64,000 bases of DNA from Adineta vaga (taxonomy: Eukaryota > Animalia > Rotifera): positions 7,254,001 through 7,318,000 of the forward strand of contig CP075495.1 in assembly GCA_021613535.1 (NCBI GenBank). The letters are read 5' to 3'. The notes beneath the pieces are model-generated. The model was given only the letters and a program-made list of their open reading frames with translations. It made no database searches and was not told the origin of the DNA. The translations under genes were made by a program, and so were the position numbers. Of the stretch, positions 57,793-64,000 are shown one piece after another (position 1 is the stretch's first letter; each line of letters begins with the position of its first letter).

Positions 57793-60700
57793 AGAAAATA
57801 ACCATCATTGTCGTGACCTGACGCGGCCGTCTTGCCGGCAATAATGATGGCTGTTGCTGCTCTGCTAGGACTGCTGACGAGTGATAAGGTTATACACATA
57901 CAGGAAAAGAAAAACACTAGTCGTCGAATACGCACGAAGAGAATGCGTTTGTCTTCTCCCCCTTCGACTACAAGTGTCCAATTTACACACATGATGAGGA
58001 ATATATAGATCGATGAATAAATGAATGAATGGACATGGATCGGGAAAGAAAGGAAAGATACTTAATTAATCCGGATCGTAACAAAAGCGGCCGAGCGAAA
58101 GTAAAGGACAAAAGGGACAGTAATACTACTATCCCCTTCATAGGAAATAACAGAAAAGATCAAAAGTCGTCGTTCATGCTGCATATATATATACGTTTGC
58201 CCAGAGGACATCACGCATCAGTAATACAGTATAGAAAATGAAAGCACACGATGTAAAACGTGTGTGTTTATTCACGATAATTGTGTCACTGAGACCATAC
58301 ATACATCTATATTAGAAGAAAAGATATATGTATTACTAATAGAAAACGATTAGCATTTCGAGGAGAAAAAGAAGAATATAAAACAAGAAAATGAGAAATC
58401 AGAGAAGATAAAGCTTGGTTAGTAGAATAATCTAGATAAATAAGTCGTTTCTATGCATCGTTGCCTTAAAATTTATTATTTTCTTTGACATATAGTCATG
58501 TTAGGGAAACATAAACCTATAGATCCTAATACTAGTTGATCACATTAAGTATCATCTGATTAGGAAGAAGTAGGTAAGTACTCAACAATCACATAAACTA
58601 ATCATATTGATTCTATCTAGTTATAAGAAACATTTCATTTGCTTACTGTTTTACCACAGAGTAAAACGACAACAATAACATTAACAAGAGTACTCTCTCA
58701 TCTCACGATCTTACTAAGCACAACGATAATCAATATAGATGTATATATATACATGCATACATATGAATATGCGTGTATATGTACATCAATCTTCATGCAA
58801 ATAATCATATAGACGATGAAGGGAAAGAAAGAACAAGAAGAAGAAAGAGAAAAGCGAGAAGATGCGATAGCCATCGCAAATTGTCATGTGTGTCTAAGTT
58901 GACTTGTGTACGAATGTATAAATGTGTCTATGTATGTAGCGATATCGCGCCTAACTGATCATGTCAAGGTGTAAGGCCACTTGAGGACAGAACGTGTGTA
59001 CATATATATGTATATATAGCAAAAGTTGAGAAAAGGAAAAAAAATGAGAACGATGAGAGTTGTCGATGACGTGCAAACATTGTCTAGAGGCTAGGAGTTT
59101 CTGCTTTCTTCTTATTTCCTACCGTGCTCTTGTTACAATTCTGTTCATCAAAGATATGAATGAACGAATGAATGAAGCGAAGAAGCAGTAGATGAAGAAT
59201 AAGAGAAACGAGAAGAGAAACGGAAACGAGCTAAAATTGATGATGATGATGATGTTGGCAGTAGCAAAAGAGGGTTAAGAAGAGTACGTAATGCGACGCT
59301 ACAACGACGATTGACAATGAAAGAAAACAACGAGTTAAATGATGTAGTAATGCGAATCTTTTTCTAGCAATGAAAATGAATCAAACTATCTATCTACTAC
59401 GCATTCGGCTACTTTCTCGTCTTATTCTTTGTTCTACTACGATTAGCTACAAAATGGAATCATGTATGCATGCAAACGAAGATGATGTGTATGTCTATAG
59501 AAAAAAGGAATGAAAATGTTAACCGGATTGAACAGCCTGTTCAATATTTCTTCTTTTTTCTTCTCTTCTTACTATTGTTTGCTTAGTACACATTCATCTC
59601 TCATATAAATATATACTAAGAATATGACCAATTGTCATCATTTAGAGGTATTCAAATGTATTTCTTTACTCTTACTTTCTTTATATATTGAAGAATCTCT
59701 GTGTGTATATATGTAGTGTAGAGTCGGTGTTCTATTTTGATTTAATCAAGTCAGTAAGCTTATAAACTTCTCAAGTGTCACTTTGGTCGCATTTCATATT
59801 CATTCTTATTTATATCCATATATACTTCGCATAGAGACACTTATAGTCATATTCATGTCAAAGAGTACAAATCATTATTGTCATTAAAAAAAATGAACAA
59901 TTTCATTAGTAAGTACATTAATAAGTAGGTACATCTGTCATTTTCATATACAAAAAGTTTTCTATGTAAAATAGAAGTGTGATTATATGTATGAAAAAGG
60001 GAAGAACTTGGTGATGCGAAAGATAATGAGATTAAATGTATGTATGTATACATGTATATATATATATATATGTATGCATAGAGTATGGCTTCATTATATT
60101 GCTGACGTAAGTTGAAAGTAGTTGTTTCTTCTCACTCAATGTTCCTCATCTTCATCATTGTCATCAAATGACACACGCTAGAATGCATTCGTCTTCGGAA
60201 AGAGAAGTGCTAATCAGTTAACATGATGCAGATGGCGAAGAGGAAAAGACTGCGGACTGGAGACAAAGAGACATAAAAAAAAGCAGAACTAGAATAATGA
60301 AGGTGAGACCAATCGCTGATAGAAACGACGACGACTATAAAGCGTGTAATATAAGCACGCAAATAATTCTTAGGAAGAGATGAAGAGTAGAGAAGTAGAG
60401 AGAGAGAAAAAAGAAAAGAAGCCGTTGACAATCATTTACACATTCATGACATCAACAGTAGTAATAGTTGACTAGAGAAAAGAATCATTTTATGCTTTCT
60501 AGTATGCAAACGTATATATATATATATATACATTCATATACTTATTATTAAGAACGAATTATGATGATAAAGATAACGAGATGGGGAGAGTAGTAAAAAA
60601 ATCGATAACAAATCAGCTTCATCATCAACAACATATAGCAATTAACACTACCTAGTACGAACGAGCACAACGAAATCGAATGAGAACGAGTGTTTTTCAC

Positions 60701-61374
60701 ATCAATTGATCGATAAATTAAACCACTCTAAAGTGTGAAATCAAATAAAAGTATATAATGACAAACAGAAAAAAAAACGATGAGAGGAAGAAAGATTGAA
60801 ACTTGTTTGTTACAAACTAAATTGACATATAAGATCGATGAAAAGAAAAAAATGAAAAGAGCAATTTTTCACTGTTTTTTTTTCGTATTTCTCTTCAATA
60901 AAACATTGAAGATAAATATTGCCAAAAAAAAATCATCGCCATAATAATAAACTAGAATGAATCCGATTGGTTCAAACAAACCATTAATAGAATGTACTAT
61001 GACTCATAAAACTATGTAACATTCTTATGCATATTGTCACATGAAAAGAAAATACGTGTATCTGACACGAAGAAAGAATTTCGGAGGAAAAGAAACTTTC
61101 TCGATGAAAAGATATTCGATGCGATGTATTTTGTTTGACCTTCAGTCATTTGTTATTATGAAACAAGATGGCGATTATATTTAATGCGACACTCTCACAA
61201 AACTTTTACTCAGTTATTTTTTCGTAATTGTTTAGGTAAGATTAGATTTTATTTTTAAGTAAGCAGAAATCTTCTTCGAGATCAAGATTAATGGTTGATA
61301 TTTGTTAGTGTTGATTAGACTAGATGAGATGACGTCATATGAAATATTCCCATTATTCATGATTGTTAACAAAC

Positions 61375-61398
61375 ATATATATATATATATATATATAT
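61375..61398. repeat. (AT)n microsatellite
   Basis: About 12 AT units. Confidence 0.8.
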
Positions 61399-63516
61399 GT
61401 AGGATGAAAATGTTACTTTGAGTAAATAATATTATTTACGGTCGATCATGTATCGAACAAGACAGAATTAGTTATTGTAATTTCTCAGTCGCCTTTTTGT
61501 AGAGATTCAGATTAGTTTTAATATTTTTTATGAAAAGAGAAAAGAAATTCTAATCTTGGAGTTGATCGTTTGTAACCTTATAAATATAGAATTTTATTTG
61601 AATAAATTTAATTAATTTATAGGTAAATCAGATTTAATTTCAAATTTAATTTCTTAACTATTTACTTATTTTCTACTATATATGTATATTTATTTATTTA
61701 TTTTTTAGATATTTCGGAACGATGAGTTCAGTTTCAATTACAAAATCTTTACATATAAATATGACGCTAAAAGAATGATATTTGAACGATGCGAAGAGTC
61801 ATTTTTTTTAATGATGGAAAAGTCCAAGTTTCGTAATTGTTTTTTCATATTTCTTAACTACCTTTTTTCCCCTCTATATCTGACGTCATGTTGGTTGTCA
61901 TGAGTCAACTAACGCAAAAACTAGTGAGAAAAAGATGACTCATAGGGAAAATTTCATCAGTTCTTTCTCTACGATGTCATGTATATATATATGCGTCTGC
62001 TGTCTTCGTCAGTCACTTCGCAATCATTCATCATAGGGAATGCGTCGCGTATATTTTCGCTGCAAAGCAAGATTTATATGCAATTCGCTTGGGCAATCAA
62101 GATCTAACTAATCTATTGATAAACAACAAATTGGATAGAATATAAATACTTATGATCATCAAAAGCAGTGTATTTTGAAATTATGAAAATTAAAGATTGA
62201 ACTTAATGAGGTAAAATTCTAGATATAAAAATCGAATTATCTGAAGATGAAAAATATTTTTCTTCTATAACAATGGATATATGTTGGAAAACAATATAGG
62301 AAGTATACTGTGAGATAAAGACAATAAAGATAAGCATATTCGATTATTCAACTAGTGCAATAGATTTTGAATAAAAAAGATCGATAGTTCGTTCACACTG
62401 TTTCCTTATACGAAGATCTTTGTAGCATGATCATTTTCACACAAATAACTCTGTACGAGATTGATTTATTCCAAAGAATTTCTATAACATATGCGAAGAA
62501 ATCTTCTTATTATTTCGTATTTACCATGAGCGACAAAAATAATCCATTTGTACATTTATACATGTATGAATACAAATGACTATTCTCTATTTTATCTAGA
62601 GATTTTAGATGAATCATATAGTCATGATAATGAAAGAAAGTCTGACGGCCTGTTCGTTATTGCATATCGTATGTAGGGTGTAGCTTACTCGCTTTTTTCA
62701 CGACAGAATATACGAAAAAAGAAGAAAAAAAAAGCATCGACAAACTTTTTTTTCTCTGTATATTTTCGAAGTGAAGTAGTAATAAATAATAACGAAAAAA
62801 GAATGTGATGGTTGACTTTTTTTTTCTCTTCACATATTCGTCCGCTTTAGCGAGTAAACGTAAGGAAACTGTTTTCATTTTCTTTTTGATTCTTTTTTTC
62901 TTCATCATGCGTTGTCGACAACATAAAAATGGTTGTTATTCATCATTATTTCTTTACATATTTCATACTCAACTATCTTTTTTGTTATACCTTATGTTAC
63001 TCTCTATGACATCAATTATATTTGAAAGTACTGAGTATTATCTGAACAGATATCATATATTTACTTTGATGGATCATTGATAGAAATTCGAATGATTGAA
63101 TATATGTTTCGCTTTGAGTATCAAATATTGATAATGAAAATATTAACATTGAATTAATGTTGAACAGAAGATAAAGACAACATAGAATTTGATCCGATAC
63201 TGTTGCAAACGACTTATAGACGAATATTTTTCTTTACTAACAATCTTCTACTTAGAATATGTATTCATTCATGTATTTTTTTTATTCTAGATATTTATTC
63301 AAGTTCTAGTCGTCTTACAACTAGACAACGTCTACCTCGTCAAGAAGACTTATTAAAAGTCTAAACTTGTAAGTTTTCGGTTGAACTTATCTTTTATGAA
63401 ATTCATTATTTCTTTTTAGATTCGTCGTCTCCTTTGATCGATAAATTTTGCATCAACACTCGTATTGAAATCAACAGTTGTTATTTTCTTTGGATTTTTT
63501 TTTGAAGAATAGGATA

Positions 63517-63746
63517 ATGACAGTACCAGCTACATTGTCAACAGTTTCAATAACACCTATCCTCAATAGTAATAATAATATTAACAGTATGAATAGAAAC
63601 AAATATGAGAATGAAGAAGAGATGACTTTAGCATTAACAGGAAAATCACCTGAATCTTGTATGGCAAGTTTACAACAATCAACAAAAGAAATCGATAGAA
63701 ATTCAAGTCGAATTGTATCAAAATTTCGTATACCAAAAAAGGAAAA
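63517..63746 (+). CDS. First coding exon of an unidentified gene continuing past the window
   Basis: Open frame MTVPATLS...KFRIPKKE preceded by an AG acceptor and ending at a GTAGGT donor. Confidence 0.5.
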
Positions 63747-64000
63747 GTAGGTTTTGTTCGAGATATCTATTTGAATATATAGTTGTTTCTATCGATCGAT
63801 AAAGTCCATATCCTATTTTATTCGATATGTGTATAGTTTAAAGTTTTCTGTACAGATCATTTGCAGAATTACGTAGATCAGATGGTATTGATCTTCAATT
63901 TATTTCATAACAAATAAAAGCAAAAATTCTCTAATGAGAAAAACTAATTATGGACGTTATCGATCGATCTGCTCATACGTTATTTTTCATTTCTATTATT

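Noticed and set aside
59527-59545. 9-bp perfect inverted repeat ATTGAACAG-C-CTGTTCAAT
   Set aside because: About one such repeat is expected by chance in 64 kb of AT-rich DNA.
57675-63080. Many short hydrophobic or Lys/Arg-rich ORFs in intergenic regions
   Set aside because: They derive from T/A runs and microsatellites, with no homology or exon structure.

Overview
AT-rich (roughly 30% GC by eye) eukaryotic animal genomic DNA with many short (~45-65 nt) GT-AG introns and compact gene spacing. Style and gene content suggest a bdelloid rotifer (inference). About 19 protein-coding genes were reconstructed by hand-splicing. In order: an orphan gene, UBTD1/2, PPP4C (with an apparent 1-nt frameshift), ABHD17, divergent NUP155, DUSP12, an alpha1-adrenergic/octopamine-type GPCR, a protease-less ADAM-like protein, a one-Ig membrane protein, syndecan, Porcupine, LAMTOR3, an intronless 7TM receptor, an intronless cytochrome-b5 front-end fatty acid desaturase (HGT candidate), PPP1R36-like, Sp5/buttonhead, DPH6, Groucho/TLE, and the first exon of a truncated gene. 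No rRNA, tRNA, CRISPR or recognisable transposon was seen. Most notable: operon-like LAMTOR3-PORCN spacing, a syndecan lacking Ser-Gly unless an in-frame intron is retained, a headless ADAM, a 72-codon AUG-free in-frame leader on Groucho, the PPP4C frameshift, and a Wnt-related neighbourhood with TCF/GC-box motifs at Sp5. Coordinates span first to last coding base including introns. Homology calls come from recalled motifs, not database searches.
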